From Octopus vulgaris (taxonomy: Eukaryota), in NCBI GenBank assembly GCA_951406725.2, contig OX597817.1, positions 127,844,001-127,908,000 of the forward strand: DNA of 64,000 nucleotides, read 5' to 3'. Made by a program: the position numbers and the translations under genes. The notes beneath the pieces are model-generated. The model did not search any database. It saw only the letters and a program-made list of their open reading frames with translations, and was not told the origin of the DNA. Each line of letters starts with the position of its first letter. The stretch's first letter is position 1. This document shows, in pieces, positions 28,000 through 42,520 of the stretch.

Positions 28000-28915
28000 T
28001 AGATTAAGACCTCTTTCACTGTTACCGAGTAATCTTCAAAAACATTATCACCGACATAACGTTCGGTACTTCGAATATCATGATACAAATCATGATAAGT
28101 AAAATTTAGCATAATACACCAGTGGAATGTTCCTCTTTAGTTACCAGAAAAATGTAGCTCATCTACATTGGGATATATCCCCTTAAAAACTTCATTTATT
28201 TTCCAAGTGAGGACATCTTTCTAATCTAAAACATACGTAATCTAAAACAGTCCAAACTAGAACGTCTACATCAACAATAAGGTTGATATAGCTCGCATGA
28301 TGTGCTCTTAGATACTTAAAAGGTTCTGGCCCAGAATTTCATATGCCATCATCTTTATACTCTGTCTTTCATCAGTCTCAACCTTGAATGTTGTTGCCAG
28401 GTGCGATTTGTCCATACCAAACATTTAAAAAATTGAAATACCTGACATTCTAAGGACAGAGAAAAAATAATGCGTCCACAGAATTTGATTACTTGAAAAT
28501 GCTCCTAAATAGGTCAACCAATTTTTCTCTCTAAAGCCGCCGTAAACGCTGTATCCTTTGTACATGGGAAAATACTTCATTAAGATGATATTAAGAATCC
28601 GAGCTATTTGCATCCTCAAAAGAATCTGAGCTTTCATCACATAATCATATTACAACGTATCATTAACGGCCTCAAATGATCCTCCACTATTCAATACAGT
28701 ACACAGAATTAAATGAAATTAGAAAATGACCTTCGAACGGCACCTGGAAATACTATTTCAAAAAATAATAGATATAAGATAACACGATAAGATAACACGA
28801 GATAAGATTTCGCTGTTATCAACTCACTACACGAGTGGTCCATGGTCTCCCAAAATCTGGCATCAAAAGTCTTCACCGGCAAATAATTTGAATTAGTAAT
28901 GATTTGGACTAACAT
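28000..28915 (-). mobile_element. Highly degenerate CR1/L2-like LINE RT relic
   Basis: Weak motifs NYLPV (cf. NYRPI) and VYG..NWLTYL...SGIS (cf. YGI..WI..YL..SGVPQ). Confidence 0.35.
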
Positions 28916-28935
28916 TTATATATATCTATATATAT

Positions 28936-30350
28936 AATTTTGTACAACTTTTACTCTCATTTAGTCCCCTTCATACTTTATTCTCTTTTTCTTTTCTCGC
29001 TCCCCCTCTCTCTCACATTTTTTAGATCTCTCTTTCTGTAACTCTCACATTTTTTCCTCATTTATCTCCCTTGTACCATTCCCTTCGTCTCTTCGATTTT
29101 TCTAATCCTTCAATCCAGATGCACCCTACCCATCTCTCTTCCTTCCACGTGACCGGTGTTCGTTCAGCCATGATCTTCTTTTCTTGGCCTGACTGTCGAC
29201 CGCCAACACCACTTATGTCCATCTCCTATGTTCCTGCCTTAAGGCTTTCACTTTACACACGCCAGCTCAATTTGATTCGTTCTCAGTCTAAAGACACCTG
29301 TTGTTATATTCTTGTTTGTATTTGTAATTGTGTACCATGTTCTCAGTTTTTTGTCTGTGTTCCCGTACACATTCGTTAGCTTTCTTACAAAAAATCTAAT
29401 GATCTTATCTTAGACTTTTTGAGGGGCAACCAGATCGAACAGTCTAAAATGTAACTGCCCGAAACTGTAAGGATACCTGGTAACTTGACTGACGTTAGAA
29501 GGCCACAGATGTCCCATCCTTTTTTTCCTGTCCCTCTAATTGCTGTTTCTCCTATCCGTCTTTGTATCGTCTATCTGTCCGAATGTTTTATTGTCCCTTA
29601 TTGCACTTTGTTTTTTTTATTAATATTTATATATACATATAGCAGCGTACGTACGTTTGCTTACTTTATAGTGAGTATGTATCTAAATTTTGTACTATTC
29701 TTTTACTATGAATTTTAGTCACCCTCATACTTTCTTCCTCTTTTCTTTTCCTCGTCCTTCTCTCTCACATTTCTTGGCCTTCTCTTTGTCACTCCCACTT
29801 TTCCTCTTCATTTATCTCCACTGTACCTTTCTTTGTGTCTCTTTGATCTTTACTAATCCTTCAATCCCGCTGCTCCCTACCCCTCTCACCTTCCATGTGA
29901 CCGGTGTTCGGTCAGCCATGATCTGCCTTTCTTGGCCTTACTGCTGACCGCCAACACCTCTTATGTCTATCTCCTATGTTCCTGCCTTAAGGCTTTCACT
30001 TTACACACGCCAGCTCAATTTGATTCGTCCTCAATCGAATGACACCTGTTGTTATATTATTGTTGTTTGTATTTGTAATTGTGTAACATGTTCTCAGTTT
30101 TTTTGTCTTTGTTGTCGTACACATTCGTTAGCTTTCTTACAAAAAATCTAATGCTCTTAACTTAGACGTTTTGTGGGGCAACCAGATCGAATGGTTTGAA
30201 ATGTAACTGCCCGAAACTGTAAGGATATCTAGTAATTTGACTGACGAAAGAAGGCAACGAATAACGCGTCCTTCTCTTTCTTGTCCTTCTAATTCCTATT
30301 TTTCCTGTCCGCCTTTGTATCGCCTATCCGCCCGAATGTTGCGTTTTTGT
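28936..30350 (+). repeat. Diverged tandem duplication, two ~670-bp pLTR-like units (28936-~29620 and 29686-~30350)
   Basis: Long near-identical blocks, e.g. CTCCTATGTTCCTGCCTTAAGGCTTTCACTTTACACACGCCAGCTCAATTTGATTCGT in both; each contains GGGCA...TGCCC-GAAACTGTA. Confidence 0.9.
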
Positions 30351-30564
30351 TCAATTATTTATATATATAATGTTCAAGTCCCACTGAAATTAATATAGAT
30401 ACCAGTTATGTGCTGGAGTCAAATCAATTTTTTACAGCTCAGCCACCGAAATTTGAGGCCTTGTACCGATATTTTCATACAACTGAGACAGTTCTACAAG
30501 AAAAAAATGAGACAAAAATGAAAAGGTCCTAAAACGTATGTGAGGAATTTGGAGAGAATCTATG

Positions 30565-30910
30565 CGGCTGTGTGGTAAGAAGCTCATTTCCCATCTTCAT
30601 GATTCTGGGTTCAGTCTCACTGCGCAGAACCTTGGACAGTCTCTTCTGCTCTGTGTTGACCAGTGTCTTGTGAGTGGTTTTGGTAGATGAAAACTGAAAG
30701 AAGCCCATCATGTATATATGTATGTATGAATGTGTGTGCATCCAACCACTACTTGACAACTGAGGGTGTGTTTACTTCTATTGGCAAAAGAGATCAATAG
30801 AATAAGTACCAGGTTTTAAAAAAAATTAATACGTTCTGGGATTAATTTATCAGCGAAAAATTCCAAAGGGGTGCACCAGCATGGCCACGGTCTAATGACT
30901 GATATAAGTA
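30565..30910 (+). mobile_element. SINE family B (degenerate, near full length)
   Basis: Colinear with 48182-48590. Confidence 0.75.
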
Positions 30911-30999
30911 AAAGGTAAAAAACATGTTCGGCAGGAATGGAAACAATGTGAGAAATGATAAGGAAATACTACACGTAACGAACGTACTAACACATTTAT

Positions 31000-31259
31000 A
31001 GACAAAATGTGTCGCCATCGTCGTTGTGGTGGTAATATAAAATGTTGTTTACGATCGGTAACTAAAAGAAAAATGATGATGTTAATTTTTTTAATGCACA
31101 TATGTGAATGAAATTATACTTTAGTTGGTAGCCAAAAGCTTACTGAATCTTTTGATACTCCTTACGTCAAAACCGGCAACTCGGTTTTGGAATGTATAAC
31201 GAACATACGCGCGCGCACACACTCGCACATACGCACATATACAAATTCACTTTTATAGT

Positions 31260-31262
<3 letters not shown>
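31000..31262 (-). mobile_element. Possible non-autonomous Helitron 5' end
   Basis: Minus strand ..TAACTATAAAAGTGAATTTGTATATGTG..GTTCGTTATACATTCCAAAACCG..CCGGTTTTGACG resembles invertebrate Helitron-N 5' termini; no 3' CTRR end identified. Confidence 0.35.
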
Positions 31263-31306
<44 letters not shown>

Positions 31307-31454
31307 GTACATATATACATATATATATATACATATATATATGTATATATATACATATATGTATTTATGTATCTGTGTATGCGAGCGTGTAAGGGTATGT
31401 GTGTGCATGTGCGTGTGTGTGTGTGTGTTTGTGTGTCTGCGTGTGTGTGCGTTT

Positions 31455-31690
31455 GTGAAGTGACGTGGTCCAGTATTTAAGGCGTTGCATCCACGATAGC
31501 AAGATCGTGGTTTCGATTTCTAGTCCGGCGGTGTCTTGTGTTCTTGAGCAAGTCATTTCGTTTGACGGTGTTGCAGCTCATGTTGGTGTGCTTACCTAGT
31601 GAGAGGGCTGGCATCATTGGAAAACTACAACAATAAGAAGAAGCGCATTGTAACCAGTGGTGTAGTGTAACATCCGATAATCTGATCGAT
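31455..31690 (+). mobile_element. SINE family C variant
   Basis: tRNA-like head (GTGGTCCAGTATTTAAGG..GTTTCGATTTC) then TTGTGTTCTTGAGCAAG; tail GCGCATTGTAACCAG shared with 51640-51680. Confidence 0.65.
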
Positions 31691-32559
31691 ACAGTTACAT
31701 AGTAATACATAAATATGTGTGCCTGTGTGTGTGAGTGTGGATGTATATATGTGTATACATGTGTATACATGAATGCATGTATGTATATGTATATACATAT
31801 ATGTTCATACATGTATGTTGTGTTCATTTGCATTTCTAGCATACTGTATCAAATACACAAACACACACACACACTACTATCCCTATCTATAGTTAATTCA
31901 GCATATGCGTTATTTCATGAAATCAACTTCACATCAAAGGTAGTTAGATATATATCCAAAACTGATTTTATTTATTTCCCATATTTCCCCATAAATTGCT
32001 AATTTTTTCAGACCGGGAAATGATAACAGTGAATATATATAATGTAATTTTCTTATTGTAGATAGACATATTTATCGCACTAATCTTGGTAAATGTATTC
32101 GCTGAGTTTGCAACATCTGTTGATGCAGATTTTTCGTTGATCAGTTGCGTTTCTTTTACTTATCCATTGTTGTGTGCTCAACAAGCAGCGCTATCTTACA
32201 TGAATTCCAACCTCGACTACCTCACAGTTTGTTCAGGTTTATTGGGTCGAGAAGAGAATTATCCAGTATTATTTCCTTTTTCTAAAGAGAGGATCGTGTT
32301 AGTTCAACGATATTTTGTTGGCTGCCATTTCTATGGAACCGAGTGATCTCCTACAGGCCTATCTTGCTATTTCTTTTAAAGAATAGTTTCCGTCATGTAA
32401 ATGAGATGTTAATGTTGTATAAGAACTAGAAATTTACAGATTATTTCTTCCTGTGCGTAACTAATATTTTTTATTGATCATCGTGCATTTCAGGTATCAT
32501 TACCTTTCAAATATCAGTTGTCTGCCTTGTGGTCACTCATCTGGTAATAATAACAGCCA

Positions 32560-33865
32560 AATTTACCTCGAATTAGATAGCTATGAACTAGAAGCTAGTA
32601 CCATGGAAAACATCCAGCAAATAGCTAATTTCATCAACCAAACTATTAAGGTAACATTAGATTATCCTACTAAGCACATCAACTAAATACTACCTGTTTT
32701 AGGCACTGAGCCCTAGATGGAAACAAAGAATAGCAAGGTCCATATCCTCCATTTGCACCATGCCAAATCCATGGCCTTCACATATCTGATCCACTGGAAC
32801 GCAGCAATCACGGAAAATACCAAATTCATTATTTAAAAAGTCGTATTTGTCCCGCATGTGCGACCCAACGGAATTAGAGAGACACATCCAATGCATGCAG
32901 TGCTCTGGGTACAGTCAAAGAAATAGAATTAGGGTGTACAAAAGAGTCACGGTAAAATTTAAGACCGTCATAGAGAAGGACACAAATGGGACCTGTCTGC
33001 TATACAGGAGTAAATCTTCGAATAGCACTGAAAGAACTAAGAGGAAGATAGGTAACACTGACTCATGTTATGACAACAAAAAATACCAGAGTGTCATGTT
33101 CGTCGATATTAGCCTGGAGGTGAACTAGCGTATTATTTTAGAAAAGATGAATCTAAGGATTAGAGTAGTAGAAAGGCCAGGAACACCCATAAAATACCTG
33201 ATCCGTAGAACATGCCCTTTTAAAAGAAACCCCCGTACGGAGAGGAATTGTATAGTATGTAGAGTTAGCTGATATATTAATTGTAAAAGTAGGAATGCAG
33301 TCTATAGTAAAAAGTATACTGAGGGACAGTACAAAAGCAGGACAGCGATGTACCTTGGAGAGACATTCCGTAAAATAAGTGAACACTGGCGGGATCTGAA
33401 GGAGGACAACAGGTTGTCAGTACTGCACCACCATCCTAAATTAGAATATGGGGAGATAACATAGACGTATCGATATGTAGAACCGACACGATACTCAGAC
33501 AGATTATTGAGGCCACACACATAATTGAAAATAGACCGACCCTCAACAGAAAATGGAAATGAAGTAAAAACACCCACATCCCCACTCCACCACACTACGC
33601 AACGTGACGACTAAAGATATAATATAAAAAATAAATAAATACAAGATATGGGTACTGTATAATATACAAACCCATATGCATGCACACAACAAAGATAAAA
33701 TGGAAGTGACAGGACAAGACCAGAGAGAAGAGGAGTCACAGAAAAAAGACGTTGAAAAGGTCACAGAATGTGTGACGAAAGATTCTGAGAAATAAACTAA
33801 TAATACAGCTGAAGTAAATCTCAAATAAATAGTGTGTGTGTTCAAAGGCAAAAGATGACCGTCTC

Positions 33866-33870
<5 letters not shown>
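32560..33870 (+). mobile_element. Degenerate Penelope-like element of a second lineage (RT thumb, C-terminal GIY-YIG, 3' UTR)
   Basis: MENIQQIANFINQTIKVTLDYPTKH..LPVL, HHAKSM, MCDPTEL..MQCSGYSQ, CIVC..CKSRNAVY..MYLGET; hammerhead-like motif at 33748-33790; ends at (TA)n. Confidence 0.7.
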
Positions 33871-33906
<36 letters not shown>

Positions 33907-35183
33907 TCTGGTTGATAGAAGTAGCTATTTCCTGGATGCTCTCCTTGGTACTCGCTTCTAGTTTCTAGATATCTTATTCGAGGGAAATTTAGCTGTTATT
34001 TCTAGCAGACGAGTCGCCACAAAGATGAAAATTGATATTTCAAATGTAACACATATATATATATATATATACGGCAGAATATCACAACTTCCTGTATTAG
34101 TGTCTGGAAGCTAAATTCAGTTATGAACTTGAAGATTATGCAAATAACAGTGAATTTTGTGTTTATAGATACCAATGTATTGGTGCTTACTATCCTTGGC
34201 TTAACAGAGTACGTATCAAAGAAACAGTGCATCTCCTTGAAATGGTTTCAAATTTTATGGTGAAAAGCTACAAGCACTCTCCATAAGTAGCTACTTACAG
34301 AATCAACTCGGCTGATGGCTTTATATTTCGTAAAGAGTCTGGTGTATTTTTATCAAATACCTTAGGACTGATACGCATATATCGTTCTCGAAAGTAAGCG
34401 TAGGAGCTAATGAGAGGGTTTTATATATTTTAATCTATCGACAAGTCTTAGATATACAGTAAAGCCAAGACTGCTTTATGGGGCTTGAGCTATAGATAAG
34501 AAGAACCACAAATATTAACATCGACTAATGTTTCCTTCCAGTTTCGAAAGCGTGGTTTGTGATTTGGTGATAATTCTGCCTCTTCTACATGATTAAGTAA
34601 CCACGTAGATTTTTACATGTTGGTCTTTAATCCCAGTTCTAGTTTATCAGCTCATCATAATACTTGACCTACAGATGCAATGCTAGCATATTTAACCAAT
34701 TTGGTAGGTTTACAATCTGATTTGTTTAATGAAACTTACTTAATACGGGAAGGCTAGATGATAATTATTATATGCATATTCATCTTCTTTTAGTATGAGG
34801 ATAGAAACCTAATTCTGGCAAAACAAATTTTTATCGACATCCTTCTCAAAATATATTAATCCTTACAGAAACACATTATCACACACACACATGCACGCAC
34901 ACACACTCACACATATATAAGAAACAGTCATACGCAATTTTGAACAAGACTGGTATACTCGTATTACAGACCTCGAACCAAGTACGTAAATCGATTTCGA
35001 TCCTTTGCAAAAATAAGTTTACATTATTAAAATAGCTAACTATATTAAGAAGGGTGCTCGTTCGATTCCACTGTAAGTATAAAGTAATTATTACAAGCAA
35101 AAAATTTTTATTTACACCATAGGACTGTTTAAAGGTTTACAGCTGATGATAGCATTTGTTCGAAAATAAACATTTTTTTAAAG

Positions 35184-35299
<116 letters not shown>

Positions 35300-35349
35300 T
35301 ATGCCCTTTGATCCTCATACAGCGTTCAAAGAACTGACCGTCTAAAAAG

Positions 35350-35920
35350 ATATTTCTGCTAAAAAAGTTTAAATTATGTTTTGTTCTCAGACATTTTTCA
35401 AAGTAGTATTGACAAAGCATAAACTTTTTCTTTGTTCCACCTAATGACATGGATTCTTTAGAAGTTAGCAAATTTCCTCTGAGAAGCTGTTTCCTATTCC
35501 TTGTTCAGTATAGCGTAGATTCGAACGTCGTCAGCTGTAAATGTCTGGTTTCTGTTGTCTTCTGACCCACCTAATCGTTCAACGGGGATTGAGAATTATA
35601 TTCGCATGCCATTATGATTAAGTCAAGCAGTGAAATTAATTGTCCTTGCTAGATATTTAATTCAAGGCACACAAGGAAGAGAAATAAACGATATGATGGG
35701 TTTTGCAGGAAGGATTTATGAAGTAAGAGCCGAAAGCTTAGAGAATTTAGCCGAGCGAGAAACGGGTTTAGAAAGACTATTTAGATAAGTATCACCGATA
35801 TATTACACTGCATACTCGTTCCCATTAAAAGCCATGATGTATAAAGGCTTTAGAAACTGCAGAACTATAGAGAAAATTCAGGTATTTCAAGCTGTATTAG
35901 ACATATGCTGTTTGGAAGCT
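35350..35920 (-). mobile_element. Highly degenerate CR1-like RT relic
   Basis: FSKAF, FTADDVRIY and W....EKC-like remnants in the expected order. Confidence 0.35.
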
Positions 35921-37079
35921 GATAAAAACTGAAATAATTAACTGTTATTGCGCATCGACGTAGATAGTGTTTTCTTTATTCCTCTCTGTTGAGCATGAAC
36001 ATATACAATAAATAATGAGCCCCTGGTGGGTGGGCGCCATATATGAGGATACTTTGAGAGGAAGACATATAGATACGTGCACACAAATATAGCGTTAGGT
36101 GTGTGTGTGTGTGTGTACACGCGAGTGTGTGCACGTATGCTTATGTTTATGCCTACGTCAGCTTTTATTACTCTTATTGCTTTATATCCACAAAGTTCTA
36201 TCATATATTTGAAAATTTACCGTGACACACGTAGCCACAGATATATATATATATATACGCACAAATATATCAAATGCATACACACATAATTAAATTAACG
36301 TATACGTCTAATACATACATAAATGCATATACTGCACAGTGTTAGTAAAATAAGAATGTATAATAGTAAATGAAAGCTGCACATACACACACACATGCAT
36401 AAATATTAATTCATATATATATATAAATGCATAGTGATAAAGAGATACAAGGGCATTGAAAGTAAGAAAATCTTGTATGTGTATATTTTCTTGGGAAAAA
36501 TTAATGCTATTCAAATATCAAGAGAGACATATTGAAAACAAAGAAGATAACTACACGGAAAGAGGGGGGAAAGAGAGATGTTATAGTGTGAAGGAAACTG
36601 AGAAAATAATGAAACAACAGCCGATGAGAGGGGAAAAGAAACAGAAAAATATAGGGAGAGAGAGCAACGAGAAATAATATGAAGAAAACTTTTAGGTGAA
36701 TGAATGAAAGGAAAATAAAGTAAGGTTGTGTATGAGTCGGATACTGAGAAACGAATAGAGCGAGAAAGATAAAGTAAAAAACGTAAAAATACAAATAGCG
36801 ATTAAGAGAATGTTGAGAGAGTGATGGAGACTGCTACACGTAAATTACACTTGTTGGGGATTCAAGTATAGGACTGGAAAAAGATAGAAGACAAAAACAT
36901 AACACGCTTTTATGAGAATGTAGTAATTATATTTTCAAGAAGCCTTCGACCGTTTATAAGAAATACATCTTAGGTTATTGTTTAGAGACATGGTGTTGGT
37001 TAAATTTCACAAATACGAGCGCTGTAAGTAGACACAATTAGTAAACCAGCAGAGATAATACGTCATTGTATTTAGGTGA

Positions 37080-37253
37080 AGGTGGTGGGCGGTATTTCGT
37101 CTGCCTTTATGTTCTGAGTTCAAATTTCTTCAAGGTCGGCTTTGCCTTTCATCCTTTCGGGGTCGATAAATTAAGTACCAGTTGCGTATTAGGGTTGATC
37201 TAATTGACTGGCCCCCTCCCCAAAAATTTCGGACCTTGTGCCTAGAGTAGAAA
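37080..37253 (+). mobile_element. SINE family A
   Basis: Close match to 47400-47567. Confidence 0.85.
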
Positions 37254-37456
37254 AAAATACTACACTGTATTTTTATGGGCGTCTGTACAATACGAGTTCA
37301 AATCACGCCCAGGCCAACTTTCGATTGTGGTTTATGTTTTTACGAGAGAGCAGGCTGGAACAATAATGAAACTAAACCAATCACTGATATATCCTATGCC
37401 ATTCTAGCCAATCATAATGTTTGTAGTTTGATAAAAGAGTTCGATCGTCGAATTTG

Positions 37457-37528
<72 letters not shown>

Positions 37529-38662
37529 ACGGATCTTTATGTTATGAGTCCAGATCTGTCAATTTTACTCTCCATATATATTTATAACCCTGTGTTAACA
37601 TAAGAAATCGATATTTTCTGCTTAAGAAACTGTTTCAGCTCCCTAGATAATTCACTTAATTTGCATTTCTAGAAATAATGATTCATTATTATTATGTCAA
37701 AATTACCTATTTCTGTAAATAATGAGTCCTAGTGTTTCAATACGAAATATCTATTCCTCCTCTCTTTTTTTACTCTTTCTTTTCTAGTAGCAATATGAAA
37801 TTTCATCAACATTAAAAACGTCTTGTGAGACTTCAAATGAGAGTTTAGAAGCGATTGATTGGCCTGCTATGAATAGCAACCAATTTTTCTCCAAAACTGC
37901 TCCTCGCCATCTTACTGAAGGAAGTAACTCCTAGATAAATTAGTGGTACATACGTTTCTAAAACTAAGATGGGATGATCATGAATGAACGCTTAGCTTAT
38001 AGGCCTGCTTCGTCAGAGCAGATAAAGAATAAATCCAAGCATTGTGACGAGTACAATAAAGCAACTTGGAAACTCATAGCAAAATGTTGTCTGAATCGAC
38101 TATTGCAAGCAGTTGTTTTCCTTCTTCGTTTATATGTTAATACGACTTAGAAAACTTTCAGTATTATGACACTGCTTTACTTCACTTGAAAGGATAAATG
38201 CTTCTGGAAAATTTAATGCCCAAAAGTAAGAAAAAGCAATTCATATACACAGATACGTTCGTATATCACGAAGTGTGGTGACTATGATATTTCCTCTTTA
38301 ACAGGTCAATTTTATTTGTAATTTTCGAGGTTGATCGGCCCCTTTTAGGTCTTTTTTTTTCTTTTAGGTGGACTGTGGTAAACAAAGTCAGGTATAAAGT
38401 TCCCAGTTCTGGGTAAGAGAATTAATTTGTCGCTCAGTTTCGCATCATTTCCTCCGCTCCGAGTAATTTTAGATGTGTAATCTCCGTTGCAAGAATTAGG
38501 GCCAGATTTATAGCCTGTGGATTTCTTTACCCTTCCACTAACCGGTTGCGGAAACTATCGAAACACGCATGGATACTACTCTACCTTTTCAAATTAAGCC
38601 ATGGAGAAAATGAAAATTATGCAAATTAATATTAATATTAATATTAATTTTTACACTATTCC

Positions 38663-38790
38663 GCCAAGGTCGACTTCGTTTTCATTCTTTCGGGTTCGAT
38701 AAAATAAGTACCAGCTACGTAATGTGGTCGATGAAATCGACTTACATTTTCCCTCGAAATTCATGGCCTTGTGCTAACATCTGAAACCAA
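38663..38790 (+). mobile_element. SINE family A, 3' part
   Basis: CGCCAAGGTCGACTT..TTCGGGTTCGATAAAATAAGTACCAG. Confidence 0.7.
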
Positions 38791-38875
38791 TGTTGGTCTC
38801 TGCACAAGAAGGCAGCACGAAACGAGAAAACTCAAAAATTAACCTTTAACTCATTTCCAAATTTTATTTTGTCTT

Positions 38876-39250
38876 TCGTGGCACTTCGTCGGTTGCGACG
38901 ACGAAGGTTCCAGTTGATGCGATCAACGGAACAACCTGCTCGTAAAATCAACGTGTAAGTGGCTGAGCACTCCACAGACACGTATACCCTTAATGTAGTT
39001 CTCAGGGAGATTCAGCGTGTGACAAGGGTGGCTCCTTGAAATACAGGTACAACAGAAACAGGAAGAAAGAATGAGAGAAAGTTGTGGTGAAAGAGTACAG
39101 CAGGGTTCCCCACCAAATCCCTGCCGGAGCCTCGTGGAGCTTTATGTATTTTTTTTTCAATAAGCAATCGCAACACCCGGTCTGGGTATCGAAACCGCGA
39201 TCCTACGACCACGAACTCGCTGCCCTAACCACTAAGCCATTCCGCCTCCA
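38876..39250 (-). mobile_element. SINE family C variant
   Basis: tRNA-like head GGCTTAGTGGTTAGGG..GGTTTCGATACC on the minus strand; body shared with 51480-51590. Confidence 0.75.
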
Positions 39251-40172
39251 AATTTTGTTTTTAGTGTATGCGTCAAGCATAGCTGCACAGGTGAGAAATT
39301 CAGTTCGCAAATAGGTAGGTTTAGATTCGAATCCAATGCATGTCACCATAGCCGTGTTTCATCATAGTATTTTAATAATTCCGTACTTTCGTCTGAAGAC
39401 CAATGGTGACTTGATAAATAAAGATCGATCAAGTAAGCACCGATGTGGAAAGGCTTGGTTAAAGGCATTTGATACGTAGGATTTCATATGCTCTACACTA
39501 CCTGCAGTGACGACTAACAAAAAAATACTTGCGTATTGACTTTCACATATGCGCAACTGCAAGCTTGTGCTTTGCGGATTTAATTTCTTATTAAGCACTA
39601 AGCAAACTGTAAGAAGCATCCAAGTAGATATGGCCATGGTATATAACCTATCTACTGTAATCACTTCAAGTGTTATGCCCCAGTTTTTTTGTATATTTCT
39701 TTTCTTTCTTTTTACTTACAACAGCTATTAGACTGGGTTAGAACTGAACTAAACTGCTATGAACAACACTATAGTCACCTGAACAGTTTATATCTAGAAA
39801 TTCAAGAGAATGAGAACAAAATCCGTCACACGAATTAAGATAAATCTTCGAACTTGGATCCCTTTTACGGAGTACATGCTATCTCAAGTTTTCGCACCAG
39901 GTCTGTCCGGTTTTAGTAGAAAACCTTTCTTGTTGCTATGCCTACTCCGTAAATAAAATAATGTGGCTGGAAGGGAAGAATAGGTTCTTTTCGAGCTCAT
40001 ACTTATCTCAACGATTTAATCTCTGATAATGAATGCCTTTCTGATCTCTAGTGAGACAGAAGATGTGCGTGTATGCGGACGTGTATGTTGTAATATCCAT
40101 CTGTTTAAATGTTTCCTTCCAAATCGTGTGTAATGATGAAATACTACAATAGACACGTATATCTATACGCAT

Positions 40173-40254
<82 letters not shown>

Positions 40255-40425
40255 GCACATATATCTAAATGTGTGTGTTTAGTATAATATTATATATTAT
40301 ATTTATGATATAATATTATATGTAATATATATATATATACACACACACATATATACACATATAAATACGTATATCTATATATGTGTGTGTGTAATATAAT
40401 ATAATATATGATATAATATTCTATG

Positions 40426-40466
<41 letters not shown>

Positions 40467-40579
40467 TGTACTTTCTGTCCCAGCATGCATATAGGATCAT
40501 TGATTAAACGCGCTGACACACGCATTCACTCGAGTGTGCACGAGTTTATATATATATATATAGTGATGTGTGTGTGAGC

Positions 40580-40616
<37 letters not shown>

Positions 40617-41203
40617 CATACACACATACACACACACACACACACACACATACATGTATGTATATATTTCCGTGGGTGTGTGTAGAATAATTTTGTGTAT
40701 GTGTGAGTGCAGGTCTAAGGACAATGAAAGTGAACATTTTATCTGCACGTTGCAGTCAAACTGGAGCCTGTGTTACTGGTGGATCTATTCACTGCCAGTT
40801 CAGGCGGGTGACGACGATAGCGGATTATTGGCGTTCGTGTAACCTCTTAAGGCATAAAAAATCCTGCACGCATACGTACACACACGATTATTTCTGTATA
40901 TATTTTAATATATATGTTAATATATTTACGATTATATATGTGGGTGTATGTATGTTTCTATGTATGTATGTATGCATGCATGCACGTACGTTGATATATC
41001 TAAAGAGTAGATAGCGAGATGGCGGATGAGAAAGAAAAGGAAAATATCTCATGTACGTGTGTGTGTGTGTTTATGTATATATGTACATCCAGTCGCTAAT
41101 GTATATTATGGTATATATTACGTAAGCTAATAAATAGACACAGTAATATTTACTCATATATATCACACGCAACACACTTCAGTATGAGTGTTCGAGTAAC
41201 TGT

Positions 41204-41313
<110 letters not shown>

Positions 41314-41665
41314 CCGTGCGTGTGTATGTATGTGTGTGCGTTTCTTTTTACATAAAAAAGGTTAAAAGAGAAAAGGTGAAAGTGAATATGTGAAAGACAG
41401 AAAGAAACAGAAAGTTATAGTGATTTAAAGAAACACGGAGACAAAGGGACAGTGTATGAGTATGTGTGTATGTCTGTGTCTCTCTTACTGCATACGTATT
41501 TCTCTATACGTCTGTGTTCATAGATCAGTCATCACACAGTCTATGTTTATATGTATATATATGAGTATGTTTGTGTATATGTATATATATATATATATAT
41601 ATGTATGCATGTATGTATGTATACATATATATTTACACACGAATACATATATGTCTATATGAGTT

Positions 41666-41713
<48 letters not shown>

Positions 41714-42397
41714 CACACACATATATTTATGTGTATTTGTCTATGTATATTTATCTAAAATACCACATCAAAAATTCTATACATACAGATATACTACCAA
41801 AAATCCCATATATATATATATATATATATATATGCATGCATGTATGTACGTATCTATGTATGTATGTTTATGGTATACATGTGTGTGTAAATATATGCAT
41901 ATATGTTTATGATATAGATATATAAATGCATGAATGTGTGTGTGTAGCTGTGTGTGTGTGTCTGTGTGTGTATGTGTGTGTGTGTGTGTGTGTGTTGTGT
42001 GTATGTGTGTATGCGTGCGTGTGTTGCGGATGTAAGCAATGATCACTGACAATGTGATTTAAATTATCCTATGAAATCGAATTTTGTCAATATTAAGTTA
42101 AAGTTGAAAGCTACAGAATTGTTTAGTATTGATCAGCCATTTTTTCCTTTCCATCACTAGAGGTCACTGTTAGCAAATCCATAGCTGGCATTCCGCCATT
42201 TTATTTAGTATTATTTCATGAATTTTGTTTTGTTTTGTTATATCGTATTCAGTTTTCTTGCATTATTTTGTCTTGATTCTATTTTTTATTGTTTTATCTA
42301 TTTGCTAACCTTCGTTAATTGCCAACATAGTGATGTTATTTATTATCCGACCTTTTCAACCGAGGTCGCAGTACAACACCAGCAACACCAATATTAA

Positions 42398-42398
<1 letters not shown>

Positions 42399-42487
<89 letters not shown>

Positions 42488-42520
42488 AGCTACTACTATT
42501 ACTACTATTATTACTACTAG
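42399..42520. repeat. (ACT)n/(GCT)n microsatellite
   Basis: Direct reading of the sequence. Confidence 0.9.
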
